A stretch of DNA of 64,000 nucleotides, taken from a virus. A model generated the notes under the pieces. That model ran no database searches and had not been told where the DNA came from. It was given only the letters and a program-made list of their open reading frames with translations. The DNA is taken from the IMG/VR virus record IMGVR_UViG_3300043429_000131. The stretch is one strand, 5' to 3'. Position numbers and translations under genes: made by a program. Below, one piece after another: positions 36,343 through 45,765 of the stretch (position 1 is its first letter; each line of letters starts with the position of its first letter).

Positions 36343-36444
36343 ATGGATGAGGACATGCTGTTGATGATTTGTAAGGCGGCGGTGTTCGCCATCGTGTGCA
36401 TCATGCTGGGTATGGGTTTGGCTCACTGGATTATATGGGGGTAA
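36343..36444 (+). CDS. 33-aa single-TM peptide (not in ORF track)
   Basis: MDEDMLLMICKAAVFAIVCIMLGMGLAHWIIWG*, GGAGG upstream. Confidence 0.5.
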   Translation: MDEDMLLMICKAAVFAIVCIMLGMGLAHWIIWG

Positions 36445-36446
36445 CT

Positions 36447-37430
36447 ATGTTCGGACGATTTAAGGGTGGCGGTATACCCGCACTGAGTAGCTACGCAGAA
36501 GCAATGGCGCACTGGGAGAACGTCAAGCCTATACGTGGGCGCAGGGATGACGAGCGACCACTGGGTGATCGGCGTAAGAGCGAGATGCAGATTGCTCGTA
36601 ACTTGGACACTGTTATATGCGTGCTGTACCACACGAACGTCATTACGTTTCACCCGGACGACACAATAACAGTCAACGTACCGGAGGAGTGGCGCACACA
36701 TACAACTGCGGAGTTTATCCATGCGGTGCTACGCAACTACACCAAGTACGTGGGTATCGCTGATGGTGATGTAGTGATGGCACTCAACGGGCCAACCCCC
36801 GGCTATTTCCGTATGGGTACGAAGACTAGGTTCAAGCTGCACCCCAACAGACTGGAGTTACTCGGGGGTAACATTGTTAAGAACACCCACGCAGTTAACC
36901 GTAAGGCGATGAACGCAGCACGCAAGGAGATCGATGGCTTTCTGACTTACCTACGCGGGGCGCATAAGCTGCGGGATGGGCTCTACTCTTCGGATGAGAT
37001 GCAAATACTTTATGACTTTTTACTTAACCATAAGCAATTAGAAGCAAGCTTTCCGTTTGATTCGTTCATGTCTTCGAACTTTCATTGGTCGTTATCTTTA
37101 CCTTTGACTAATAAATGGGCGGGGCGTGGGACTAGCATAATGACGTGGCACGACAGGGCTAAGTTTGCAATGAAGTTAATGCGTGAGGGTTCACATGAGG
37201 ACTGGTATGCGGTATCGTTGTGGTTAGTTGCGAGTTCTTACCTTGTGGCTCACGGCAAAGATGTAAATGTCCACCTTGGGTCTTTGACTCAAGACATAAC
37301 AGACATGCTACTGGTAACGACACCGGGCGCACTTGTCGCAACACCTGAGCCGTATGGGGTGATCAAGGTAGACAGCAACAGGCAGGTAGCCGAGGTTAGA
37401 AACTATATTGCAGAAGTGGAGGCGAGTTGA
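36447..37430 (+). CDS. hypothetical protein
   Basis: 327 aa from ATG 36447; KPIRGR....RPLGDRR. Confidence 0.75.
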   Translation: MFGRFKGGGIPALSSYAEAMAHWENVKPIRGRRDDERPLGDRRKSEMQIARNLDTVICVLYHTNVITFHPDDTITVNVPEEWRTHTTAEFIHAVLRNYTKYVGIADGDVVMALNGPTPGYFRMGTKTRFKLHPNRLELLGGNIVKNTHAVNRKAMNAARKEIDGFLTYLRGAHKLRDGLYSSDEMQILYDFLLNHKQLEASFPFDSFMSSNFHWSLSLPLTNKWAGRGTSIMTWHDRAKFAMKLMREGSHEDWYAVSLWLVASSYLVAHGKDVNVHLGSLTQDITDMLLVTTPGALVATPEPYGVIKVDSNRQVAEVRNYIAEVEAS

Positions 37431-37723
37431 ACAAGGTCAATCAGGATACGTACGCACGGGCTTTTAAGTTATTGCTAAGCCGCCCTGTATCGGCGCATGA
37501 GATCGTAAAAGAAACAGGCATACACATAGTCACGGCACAGCGGTTGATGCGTACGCTAAAGCAGCACGAGATTATTTATATATGCAACTGGCGGCAAGAT
37601 ACAAAAGGACGGGACGCTATCCCTGTGTACGAGATCGGGTTCCACAAAGATAAACCACGGCGTGCTATGACTCAGGCACAACGACAACAACGATGCAGAG
37701 CTAAGAAGGAGAAGAACGGATGA
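37427..37723 (+). CDS. winged-helix/HTH DNA-binding protein
   Basis: LLLSRPVSAHEIVKETGIHIVTAQRLMRTL; RRAMTQAQRQQRCR. Confidence 0.6.
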   Translation: MNKVNQDTYARAFKLLLSRPVSAHEIVKETGIHIVTAQRLMRTLKQHEIIYICNWRQDTKGRDAIPVYEIGFHKDKPRRAMTQAQRQQRCRAKKEKNG

Positions 37724-37914
37724 ACCCACGCCTACAAGAAATACTACACAACATCACAACGCGACTAGCTGCGCTGGAAGAAGCACAGAAGAAAGAATGG
37801 CAGGGGCTGCCGAACGACGAAGTGATTGAAAGGGCGAATGAGTTTCGTGACCCTGAGACGTACTTACGTGGGGTATTGTGGGCAGAAGCCAAGCTTAAGG
37901 AGAAGAACGGATGA
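37720..37914 (+). CDS. hypothetical protein (EWQGL...EAKLKEKN family)
   Basis: shares C-terminus with 41831-42172. Confidence 0.6.
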   Translation: MNPRLQEILHNITTRLAALEEAQKKEWQGLPNDEVIERANEFRDPETYLRGVLWAEAKLKEKNG

Positions 37915-38819
37915 CACGAGTATGTTTTGCTGATGTCGGGTTCCCGACTAACATTGTTATATCGAACAAGATAGACCAATGGCGCACCAAGGTATTTACG
38001 CTAGACGATGTGGTGTTTGGCAAAATGTCTTCGCAGGTAATACCAGTGGTGGCGAGGATGTTCCCGGCGTGGGAATTCATGGTGACCCACGTTCATACGG
38101 AAGGGTTTTACGAGAAGCGTTGGGTGTTTCCGACGAGAATAATAGTGTCTGAGAAAGGTGTCGAACGGGGCAAGATACAGATCGACAATCCATGGCGTTC
38201 ATACGGCGAGAGCTTAGTCTTTTTAAACCCACGTATTCATAACGCCATGCAACGGGGAAGGTATAAGATCACAACCAAACCCAAGGTAGCTATACAAATT
38301 GTGAAGCAATACTTCACTGACCCACCCATTACAGAAACTATAGCAGTGGTAAGCAAGCAGCTCAAGTCTACTGCGAATATGCAACGGACTACGTTCAAAG
38401 CATCGAGAGACTTAGAGTACCTACGGTTAACAGATTTAGTGCGGCCATACGTTGATGAACACTTAGTAGAGATTGCAAAGCAAGTGCACGAAGTAAACGC
38501 TAACTTCAATGTGCCAAAGTACTTGGAGCTTGTTGAGGACACAAAAATATCTGAGTCTGTTGCTGATGTCCCGGCCAATTCTGCATTGACAGTCATGATA
38601 CGTAATGATAAATATGTGTTACATAGAAGTAATATGCCAGTCTTTGCGCTGACCTCAGAGCACTTACCGGAACAGGTTCGTACGGCGATAGGGCTGCTCA
38701 AGCTGGTAGATGACGGCCAGTTTGTGCGGGATGTAGGGTACAGGCACAAGGCAGATCAATTTTTAGTTGTATACGCTGGGCCATTTAACGAGGAGCTAAC
38801 ATGCAAAACTTCAAGCTGA
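37911..38819 (+). CDS. hypothetical protein
   Basis: 302 aa ORF, AAGGAG RBS. Confidence 0.7.
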   Translation: MTRVCFADVGFPTNIVISNKIDQWRTKVFTLDDVVFGKMSSQVIPVVARMFPAWEFMVTHVHTEGFYEKRWVFPTRIIVSEKGVERGKIQIDNPWRSYGESLVFLNPRIHNAMQRGRYKITTKPKVAIQIVKQYFTDPPITETIAVVSKQLKSTANMQRTTFKASRDLEYLRLTDLVRPYVDEHLVEIAKQVHEVNANFNVPKYLELVEDTKISESVADVPANSALTVMIRNDKYVLHRSNMPVFALTSEHLPEQVRTAIGLLKLVDDGQFVRDVGYRHKADQFLVVYAGPFNEELTCKTSS

Positions 38820-38989
38820 AACTGATTGATAAGAAGAAAGAAGCCAAAGAAGAGTTAAAGAAGGAAAGAGTGACGAGCATTCTGGATGAACGGTTTGCTT
38901 ACACCCCCGCAGCAGAGACTGATCTTGCCTCACGGTTCAAGGCCATGGGGTTCAAAGCTAAACCCAAGAAGCCACGGTTCGGTAAATGA
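38801..38989 (+). CDS. small basic protein
   Basis: ILDERFAYTPAAETDLASRFKAMGF; GAGGAG RBS. Confidence 0.6.
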   Translation: MQNFKLKLIDKKKEAKEELKKERVTSILDERFAYTPAAETDLASRFKAMGFKAKPKKPRFGK

Positions 38990-39246
38990 AGGGCGACAAT
39001 CTAGGCAACCAGCACTCGCGTACGGTTAAGGATGGGAGGCTTACCCCAAGACAAGACTTAGTTATGCGTCTGCTGGCGCAAGGGCTACGCAGTAAGGATA
39101 TTTCCGCAAGGTTAAACGTGAAGCCCAACACCGTTGCATCCATAGTCGAGCGCATATGCGTATCGTTAGATACAAAAACAATGGCACAAGCTATGGCAGT
39201 GTGGGCAGTTGCAGATTACATAGAGGCTAATGAGGAAGACGAATGA
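38986..39246 (+). CDS. LuxR/GerE-type HTH protein
   Basis: LTPRQDLVMRLLAQGLRSKDISARLNVKPNTV...I..SL. Confidence 0.8.
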   Translation: MKGDNLGNQHSRTVKDGRLTPRQDLVMRLLAQGLRSKDISARLNVKPNTVASIVERICVSLDTKTMAQAMAVWAVADYIEANEEDE

Positions 39247-39452
39247 GTATCAGAAGACGCGCCATACGTTTGGCAAACGCATTGGAAGAAGCACCGCGCA
39301 CAGAGAATGACCTTGAGACAGCAGCAATACTACGCCAGCTTGTACGAGTGCATGAGGTGGCGCACGAGGTAGTTTTGGCGAAGACACACGAGGCAAGCAA
39401 AGCAGCGTATTGCGAACTTATAGACTTAATAAAGGGGAAAACATATGAGTGA
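39243..39452 (+). CDS. hypothetical protein
   Basis: coupled ORF. Confidence 0.55.
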   Translation: MSIRRRAIRLANALEEAPRTENDLETAAILRQLVRVHEVAHEVVLAKTHEASKAAYCELIDLIKGKTYE

Positions 39453-39648
39453 GATCAGAACAGCACGACAAAGCATCATCGACTTCCTTGAGAGAAACAA
39501 AGCATTGATGGGTAGCATTGAAGTCGTACAGACACAGGACGGGAGAACCATAGACCTTTCCAACATGACTGACGAAGAAGCAGCAGAAGCGGCTGACATT
39601 CTTATGGTTGCGGGTACGCCAACACGACTAGGCGCGTTAGCAAAATGA
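39445..39648 (+). CDS. hypothetical protein
   Basis: coupled ORF. Confidence 0.55.
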   Translation: MSEIRTARQSIIDFLERNKALMGSIEVVQTQDGRTIDLSNMTDEEAAEAADILMVAGTPTRLGALAK

Positions 39649-39851
39649 AGTGGACTGAAGCTATGGCTGTGGCTTTCGCTATGTGTGTGGCGTTATTCTC
39701 TGTTGTGTTCGGGTACAAGGCGGTAACTACAAACCCGCCGTTGCCTTGTGGTGTGTCAGAAATTAGTCCAGACCTGACTGCTGAAGACAGAGAGAAGTGC
39801 CGTCAGATGAGAGAGCAACGGGCGAAAGAACATAGGGGGCATAAGCTGTGA
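39645..39851 (+). CDS. small membrane-anchored protein
   Basis: N-terminal TM; C..SEISPD....REKCRQ. Confidence 0.6.
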   Translation: MKWTEAMAVAFAMCVALFSVVFGYKAVTTNPPLPCGVSEISPDLTAEDREKCRQMREQRAKEHRGHKL

Positions 39852-40162
39852 AACGCATCCGGCCCGACGCCAACTTTGTAGCAGAGCAAGCAACCAGAAT
39901 GACCGAGCTGCTACAGCAACGTGCAGCCATACCACGTGAGGACTTAGAGTATCTAGTGGAGCGGGCATCGAAGTTAAAAGATGAGCGTATGCAAGGCGCA
40001 ATCGCTGGACTGATTGGGTGGGGCGACGAGGAGCGGGCTGAAGTCGAGACGTTCGTTGCTATTGCTATAGAAATTATGAAGCGCACTAACCTAACAAAGT
40101 TACGTGAAGCTGCGCAGACCGTGGAGATACGGTACCTAACTAAGGAGATGAGAGATGACTGA
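39848..40162 (+). CDS. hypothetical protein
   Basis: coupled ORF. Confidence 0.55.
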   Translation: MKRIRPDANFVAEQATRMTELLQQRAAIPREDLEYLVERASKLKDERMQGAIAGLIGWGDEERAEVETFVAIAIEIMKRTNLTKLREAAQTVEIRYLTKEMRDD

Positions 40163-40400
40163 CAAACAACCCGAAGCCCTGCGGCTGGCTAATGCGATTG
40201 ATTTGGGGAGACCTCGACTGGTTCTAGATTGCATTGATGCCGCCGCCGAACTACGCCGCTTGCATGAGGTGAATGCTGAGTTGGTGGAGGCGTTGAAGAA
40301 AATACAAGATGAATGCCGTAGCTGTCCAGATGAATGCGCCATGATGGGTGCGATTGCCGAAGATGCTATAGCAAAAGCTACAGGAGAACAAAATGGGTGA
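40155..40400 (+). CDS. hypothetical protein (AKATGEQ C-terminus)
   Basis: QPEALRLA...AAAELRRLHEVNAELVEALK...IAKATGEQ. Confidence 0.65.
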   Translation: MTDKQPEALRLANAIDLGRPRLVLDCIDAAAELRRLHEVNAELVEALKKIQDECRSCPDECAMMGAIAEDAIAKATGEQNG

Positions 40401-40623
40401 CTGGGCAGATATGTATGACTATGGCTATGAACCACGCAACGCAAAGCCGCATAAAGAAGTAAGAAATTTAACTTGGAATTGTAAAGATGGAAGTGAAATA
40501 TCCATTGGTGATATGACAGACAGGCATTTGCTTAACGCTTATAAAATGTTTGGTGACGAAGATTTGTTTAAAGAAATGGTTGTTCGTTTATTTGAGGCCA
40601 AAGCTACAGGAGAACAACAATGA
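40393..40623 (+). CDS. hypothetical protein (AKATGEQ C-terminus)
   Basis: W.CKDG.EI.I.DMTDRHL.NA. Confidence 0.6.
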   Translation: MGDWADMYDYGYEPRNAKPHKEVRNLTWNCKDGSEISIGDMTDRHLLNAYKMFGDEDLFKEMVVRLFEAKATGEQQ

Positions 40624-41024
40624 CTGACCGAGAGCTATTAGAACTGGCTGCAAAAGCAGCAGGGTTCAGATGGTGGCAAAGCAAGCATGGATATTGGAAT
40701 GTTAAATATCCAGACGGAAAAGAACAGTTATGTTGTGTTGGTTGGGCAAAGTTTGACCAAAATACCGGAGAGAAATTGCCGGAGCCAACAATAGCTGATG
40801 CTATTGAAGAATGCGGTTGGAATCCGTTTATAAGCGACGGCGCTGCGCTACGACTGGCGGTGAAATTGGGAATGCGTTTGGAGTTAGACAAAGAATGGAA
40901 ACGATCTCATGCCCAACAAATACCAAATGGAGAATGGGTTACTTCCCCGCACAATGACGATCCCTACGCAGCCACACGCCGCGCCATTGTTTGCGCTGCT
41001 GCTGAGATTGGGAGGAAACAATGA
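40620..41024 (+). CDS. hypothetical phage protein
   Basis: MTDRELLELAAKAAG...WNP...DG.ALRLAVKL...ATRRAIV.AAAEIG. Confidence 0.75.
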   Translation: MTDRELLELAAKAAGFRWWQSKHGYWNVKYPDGKEQLCCVGWAKFDQNTGEKLPEPTIADAIEECGWNPFISDGAALRLAVKLGMRLELDKEWKRSHAQQIPNGEWVTSPHNDDPYAATRRAIVCAAAEIGRKQ

Positions 41025-41068
41025 CCATCACACTAACCCGCGAGGAAGATACAGGAGAACAACAATGA
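41021..41068 (+). pseudogene. chimeric 15-codon remnant MTITLTREE-DTGEQQ*
   Basis: 5' 28 nt identical to start of 41273 gene; 3' 19 nt identical to end of 40393-40623 gene. Confidence 0.6.
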
Positions 41069-41265
41069 CACCAAAAGAAATCAACGAATTAAAGAAACTG
41101 CACAACCAATATCAAGAAGAAGGCCAAAAAGTCTACGCCTTAGTGATGGATTTGCATGAGAAATGTATGAACTTGCAAAAAGAGATTCAAGATGCCGAGG
41201 GTGATGACTACGATCCAATCCCGCTGATCTTTGGCGCAGGGTTTTGGATTGATCCAGATCTGTGA
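41065..41265 (+). CDS. hypothetical protein
   Basis: AGGAG RBS, ATG at 41065. Confidence 0.6.
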   Translation: MTPKEINELKKLHNQYQEEGQKVYALVMDLHEKCMNLQKEIQDAEGDDYDPIPLIFGAGFWIDPDL

Positions 41266-41272
41266 GGCCGTA

Positions 41273-41482
41273 ATGACCATCACACTAACCCGCGAGGAAG
41301 CGCAGCAGGTGCTGGATGCGCTAGGTAGTTGCGAAGAAGATTGGATTTACGATGGTGAAGACGAATGTCCGGTAGATGTGTACGACAAAGAAAAGGTGGG
41401 TAAGGCGTTTTCATTTCTGAAAAACCTACTCGCACTACACGACATGAACAAAGCAGCAGAACAGAATGGGGAGGAACTGTGA
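41273..41482 (+). CDS. hypothetical protein (TITLTREEAQQVLDAL family)
   Basis: N-terminus shared with next gene. Confidence 0.65.
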   Translation: MTITLTREEAQQVLDALGSCEEDWIYDGEDECPVDVYDKEKVGKAFSFLKNLLALHDMNKAAEQNGEEL

Positions 41483-41712
41483 TCACACTAACCCGCGAGG
41501 AAGCGCAGCAGGTGCTGGATGCGTTGGAACAATGGAACACGCCTTTGTATAAACGAGGAACCGCAATTAAAACCCTACGCCAAGCCATCGCAGAGGTAGA
41601 GAAGCAAGAGCCGGTGGCGTGGCATGAACCCGGTTCGTACAGTAACGTGACTGTGTATAAAAAATGGGCTGAAGAAAATGGGTGGTTGCCGCTTTATGAG
41701 AAAAGAACATGA
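41479..41712 (+). CDS. hypothetical protein (TITLTREEAQQVLDAL family)
   Basis: GTG start, GAGGA RBS; QEPVAW motif. Confidence 0.65.
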   Translation: MITLTREEAQQVLDALEQWNTPLYKRGTAIKTLRQAIAEVEKQEPVAWHEPGSYSNVTVYKKWAEENGWLPLYEKRT

Positions 41713-41834
41713 ATGACGGCTACTACTGCGTAGTGTGCGGCAGATATATAGAAGCCGATAAGTATGGGGTGATTGTACATGACGACATACCTCACCCCGA
41801 TATGGACTTTGCAGAAGAGGAGAAACCACAATGA
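41709..41834 (+). CDS. 41-aa CxxC peptide (not in ORF track)
   Basis: MNDGYYCVVCGRYIEAD...IVHDDIPHP; ATGA-coupled on both sides. Confidence 0.55.
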   Translation: MNDGYYCVVCGRYIEADKYGVIVHDDIPHPDMDFAEEEKPQ

Positions 41835-42172
41835 AACCCGTAGCGTGGATAAAGATACGAGAACTTACATATATGCAAGCCGTTAAAGCGTATGGCAAAG
41901 ACGATTGGCAGACGAACCTTGGTTTGAAGCCTGAGCCTGATGACGAAGGTTTGTACACCGAGACTCAAGTGCAAGAACTGAAGAGAAGTTTTGAGCAGTC
42001 TGTCACTGACCCCGAGAATCAACCGAGCCAGTACGGAACAGTGCCAATGAAGGAATGGCAAGGGCTGACGGATGAGGAGATTACTGCTTTGAAGCGCAAC
42101 GGCGAGAGATACATCAGTTCGCAAGACTTTGCCCGCGCCATCGAAGCCAAGCTGAAGGAGAAGAACACGTGA
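41831..42172 (+). CDS. hypothetical protein (EWQGLTDEEI...EAKLKEKN)
   Basis: KPVAW N-terminus; C-terminal module shared with 37720-37914. Confidence 0.65.
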   Translation: MKPVAWIKIRELTYMQAVKAYGKDDWQTNLGLKPEPDDEGLYTETQVQELKRSFEQSVTDPENQPSQYGTVPMKEWQGLTDEEITALKRNGERYISSQDFARAIEAKLKEKNT

Positions 42173-42378
42173 ACGAACAGAAAGTAAGACGGGGGCGTGG
42201 GCCCGGCAAAAAGCCACGACACGGCATCACGAGCGTGCGCCTACCAGTGTACGTTCTTGATTATTACCGCCGGAACTTTGACAACAGCACAGCTAAGATG
42301 CGCGAGGTTCTGGTTAACTATGCAGAAGAAAATGGAGCTAACAATGGTAAAGAAAGTAAAGAAGGTATTGAGCCCTGA
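42169..42378 (+). CDS. BrnA-antitoxin-like/RHH DNA-binding protein
   Basis: RGRGPGKKP....TSVRLP..VLDYYR. Confidence 0.5.
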   Translation: MNEQKVRRGRGPGKKPRHGITSVRLPVYVLDYYRRNFDNSTAKMREVLVNYAEENGANNGKESKEGIEP

Positions 42379-42802
42379 AGCATTAGAAACCTTACGGCGT
42401 ACTGCAGCGTACGCAAGACAGGTTCGACAGGAGAAGCGCAAAGAGCGTGAACTGCGGGGTGAGCCACACCCGTACACGCCACCTAAACACAAAAAGAAAA
42501 AAGCAGCGTCAAGCCCCCAGCGCGTAGTGCAGTGGGATGAGATAAAGATACCTATGCACAAGACAGCGCAAATGATACAGGCGGTTACGAGCGGCAAGTC
42601 TGTGCTGCACGACCCAGTCAACCACCCCGCGCACTACACCACGGGCGGCATTGAGACTATCGACTTCATCGAGGCTAAAGGCTTAGGCTATAACTTGGGT
42701 AATGTGGTTAAGTACATAACTCGTGCTGGGCACAAAGGTAACCGCAAGGAAGACCTTGAGAAAGCGCGTTGGTATTTGACGCGAGAGATTGAAACATCGT
42801 AA
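42344..42802 (+). CDS. DUF3310 (SaV-like) domain protein
   Basis: DPVNHPAHYTTGGIETIDFIE...GNVVKYITRAGHK...EDLEKARWYL. Confidence 0.85.
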   Translation: MVKKVKKVLSPEALETLRRTAAYARQVRQEKRKERELRGEPHPYTPPKHKKKKAASSPQRVVQWDEIKIPMHKTAQMIQAVTSGKSVLHDPVNHPAHYTTGGIETIDFIEAKGLGYNLGNVVKYITRAGHKGNRKEDLEKARWYLTREIETS

Positions 42803-42811
42803 GGAGACAGT

Positions 42812-43108
42812 ATGGCTGGTACGCCTGAGAGTAAGGTTAAGTTAGCTGTCGTTAAATTGCTTAAGCAATACGGCGTTTATTTCTTTTTCCCCGCAACTCA
42901 CGGGTACGGACGCTCAGGCGTGCCAGACATCGTATGCTGTATCAACGGTAGGTTTTTAGCTATTGAATGTAAAGCTGGAAAGAACGAGCCCACTGCACTG
43001 CAACAACGAGAAATAAACCAGATACAAGCAGCGGGTGGTATGGCAATGGTGGTCAGAGAAGACCTAACATTGTTAGAATTTTTATTGAAGGAGCTAACGT
43101 ATGAGTGA
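42812..43108 (+). CDS. VRR-NUC (Holliday junction resolvase-like) nuclease
   Basis: TPESKVK...GRSGVPDIV...RFLAIECKAG...T.LQ....I..AGG. Confidence 0.88.
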   Translation: MAGTPESKVKLAVVKLLKQYGVYFFFPATHGYGRSGVPDIVCCINGRFLAIECKAGKNEPTALQQREINQIQAAGGMAMVVREDLTLLEFLLKELTYE

Positions 43109-43601
43109 AATGCAAGCAGAATTACGGGTAGAACTAAGCGAAGGCGTTGCGCTGTTGCTGCAGCGTATGGAGTCGCACCCAGAAGAGTTTAACTCGGAGC
43201 GTGGTAAGTGGAGTCATGTGCTGAGTGTAGTAGAGGAGCGGATGTTTAACCCGCAGAACAAACGCAGGGCTGAGCCGTGGATGACTGACGAAGAAATCCG
43301 TGCCGTATGGGGTGGCTACCAAAAGATCAAGCAAAAAAGCTTTCACGACTTTGTGATGAAGAAGCTGCTGGACGATGGTGAGGGAGAAATAATGACACCT
43401 GAGCTGCGGGCGTTTACAACAAAGCACCCACCTGTCTTAAACCCGAACTACCCCATGCAACCCGGCGGAGTATATCCTTCGTGGGAAACCGCGACATCTC
43501 AAACTTCAACCACATCTTTAGTCACTAGTACCTTTGGGTCAGTAGAGCCTGAACCATCGCCGTCGTTCATCGAAAAAGTTAAAAAGGCACTTGGCCAATG
43601 A
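43101..43601 (+). CDS. hypothetical protein
   Basis: GAAGGAG RBS; LLLQRMESHPEEF. Confidence 0.65.
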   Translation: MSEMQAELRVELSEGVALLLQRMESHPEEFNSERGKWSHVLSVVEERMFNPQNKRRAEPWMTDEEIRAVWGGYQKIKQKSFHDFVMKKLLDDGEGEIMTPELRAFTTKHPPVLNPNYPMQPGGVYPSWETATSQTSTTSLVTSTFGSVEPEPSPSFIEKVKKALGQ

Positions 43602-45424
43602 AAATAATCGCGTTGGATTTTGAGACGTACTACGATAGAGAGTACAGCCTCAGCAAAATAACGACTGAGGAGTACATACGCGATCCACGATTTGAAACTA
43701 TAGGAGTGGGGGTAAAAGAAGATGGACAACCTGCAGTGTGGGTATCAGGTACACACGACAAAATCAAGGCGTTTCTTGAATCGCTCGACCTACATGAGCA
43801 TCTGGTACTCGCTCATAACGCTATGTTTGATGCCGCTATTCTTAACTGGCGTTTTGGTATCCGCCCTCGGGGTTGGCTTGATACGCTTAGCATGGCCCGT
43901 GCTCTACATACCATTGAAGTGGGGGGATCACTGGCTGCACTCGCTGCGTATTACAAGCTGGGTGCGAAAGGTACGGAAGTCATCAACGCTCTTGGTAAAA
44001 GGCGAACGGACTTCACGGCGCAAGAGTTAGCTGCGTATGGCGAGTACTGCAAGAACGACTGTGCACTGACCCTTGACCTGTTCAAGATACTGTCGCAGAA
44101 CTTCGCCAAGGAAGAGTTGAAGCTTGTCGACTTGACCATCCGCATGTTCTCGGAGCCAGTGCTGGAGTTGAGCCCTACTATATTGCACGGGCACTTGGAT
44201 GAGGTGCAGGTAAATAAGAAAAAACTATTAGAGGCTGTGACCATGGTGGACAAAGGCCAGCTCATGTCGAACGACAAGTTAGCGGCAACGCTAAAGCTGT
44301 TGAGGGTGCAGCCACCTACGAAGATAAGCCCAACGACGGGTAAGGAGACCTACGCTTTTGCAAAGAGTGACGAAACATTCAAGCTATTGCTAGAACACCC
44401 TGACGTTCGAGTGCAAGCTATTGTGGCTGCTAGGTTAGGTGTTAAGTCTACGCTGGAGGAGACACGCACTCAACGTTTCATCGAGATTGCTGCGCGGGGC
44501 ACTTTGCCTATCCCTCTGCGCTACTACGCTGCACACACCGGGCGTTGGGGTGGGGACGACAAAGTCAATATGCAGAACCTCCCCCGAAGCTCTCCGCTCA
44601 AACAAGCCATCTTAGCCCCGCCGGGTTACATGATGATTGACGCTGACTCTTCGCAGATTGAAGCGCGAACGCTGGCGTGGCTGGCGGAGCAGAACGATTT
44701 GGTGGAAGCATTCGACCGGGGTGAAGACGTGTATTGCATTATGGCATCTGCCATCTACGGGCGACACATTACCAAGGCTGACAAAAACGAACGATTTGTC
44801 GGAAAGACAACTATTCTGGGTTGTGGCTACGGGATGGGCGCGGCTAAGTTTCAGGCCCAGCTAAAGAACTTCAACGTGGTGTTAGAGCTTGAAGAGTGCC
44901 AGCGCATCATCAACGTGTACCGCGAGACCTACCCCATGATTCCGGCATTCTGGAAAAAGGCTGGCGATGCTCTTGGAACTATCATGTCTAATCAGGCGGG
45001 GGAGCTGGGTAGGGATGGCATCTTAAAAATTGACGGGTTGCAAGGCATTCTTTTGCCAAACGGCATGCGCGTTAAGTACCCCAACCTGCGCAAGGTCATA
45101 AATGATGACGGCAAGACGGAGATGGTGTACGATACAAAGAGGGGGAAAGCAACCATACCGAATAGGATATACGGCGGCAAGGTGACAGAGAACGTTTGCC
45201 AAGCCCTAGCCCGCATCGCAATCGGTAAGCAAATGCTGATGATTGCCAAGAAATACAAGGTTGTAATGACGGTGCACGATGCTGTTGCTTGTATCGTGCC
45301 GGAGAGTGAAGTTGAGACAGCACGGGAATTCGTTGAGATTTGTATGCGTATACGCCCCGAGTGGGCACCTGAGCTGCCTCTTAATTGCGAATCAGGGTAT
45401 GGAAGGAGCTACGGAGAATGTTAG
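43598..45424 (+). CDS. polA: family A DNA polymerase (3'-5' exonuclease + polymerase; no 5'-3' exonuclease)
   Basis: ExoI DFET, HNAMFD; motif A DADSSQIEAR, motif B RFVGKTTILGCGYG, motif C TVHDA. Confidence 0.95.
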   Translation: MKIIALDFETYYDREYSLSKITTEEYIRDPRFETIGVGVKEDGQPAVWVSGTHDKIKAFLESLDLHEHLVLAHNAMFDAAILNWRFGIRPRGWLDTLSMARALHTIEVGGSLAALAAYYKLGAKGTEVINALGKRRTDFTAQELAAYGEYCKNDCALTLDLFKILSQNFAKEELKLVDLTIRMFSEPVLELSPTILHGHLDEVQVNKKKLLEAVTMVDKGQLMSNDKLAATLKLLRVQPPTKISPTTGKETYAFAKSDETFKLLLEHPDVRVQAIVAARLGVKSTLEETRTQRFIEIAARGTLPIPLRYYAAHTGRWGGDDKVNMQNLPRSSPLKQAILAPPGYMMIDADSSQIEARTLAWLAEQNDLVEAFDRGEDVYCIMASAIYGRHITKADKNERFVGKTTILGCGYGMGAAKFQAQLKNFNVVLELEECQRIINVYRETYPMIPAFWKKAGDALGTIMSNQAGELGRDGILKIDGLQGILLPNGMRVKYPNLRKVINDDGKTEMVYDTKRGKATIPNRIYGGKVTENVCQALARIAIGKQMLMIAKKYKVVMTVHDAVACIVPESEVETAREFVEICMRIRPEWAPELPLNCESGYGRSYGEC

Positions 45425-45765
45425 ACATTACATGGGGTGTCGTTGGGCTATCGTGCGGTATCGTCGGTAGTATGGTGTATAGCTGGGTTGAGCAGAAGAA
45501 ACGCAAGGCTGGTGCTAGACCAGAAGAAATTTCCTATGAAACACAGACCGCCATATTGAAGAGCGCCGACCACAACACTACACCCCAGATGCGCGTAGGA
45601 GTGATCGAGGCCATGAACGGACGCATCCTTGAAGTTGCAACCGCCACACAAATACACGGGCACAATCACTACGAGTGGAAGACAGAGATGTACGTGGTAC
45701 CTGAAGACCAAAAGCTGAGTGAAGCTATCGCTGTCGTGATGTTGATGAAGGGTTTGGAGAAATGA
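45418..45765 (+). CDS. membrane-anchored hypothetical protein
   Basis: N-terminal hydrophobic helix; IEAMNGRILEV. Confidence 0.55.
   Translation: MLDITWGVVGLSCGIVGSMVYSWVEQKKRKAGARPEEISYETQTAILKSADHNTTPQMRVGVIEAMNGRILEVATATQIHGHNHYEWKTEMYVVPEDQKLSEAIAVVMLMKGLEK

Noticed and set aside
27148-37960. Palindrome series as a CRISPR array or mini-array
   Set aside because: The repeats are only 13 bp, spacing is hundreds of bp and irregular, and intervening DNA is coding; there are no cas genes apart from a replication-linked Cas4-like nuclease
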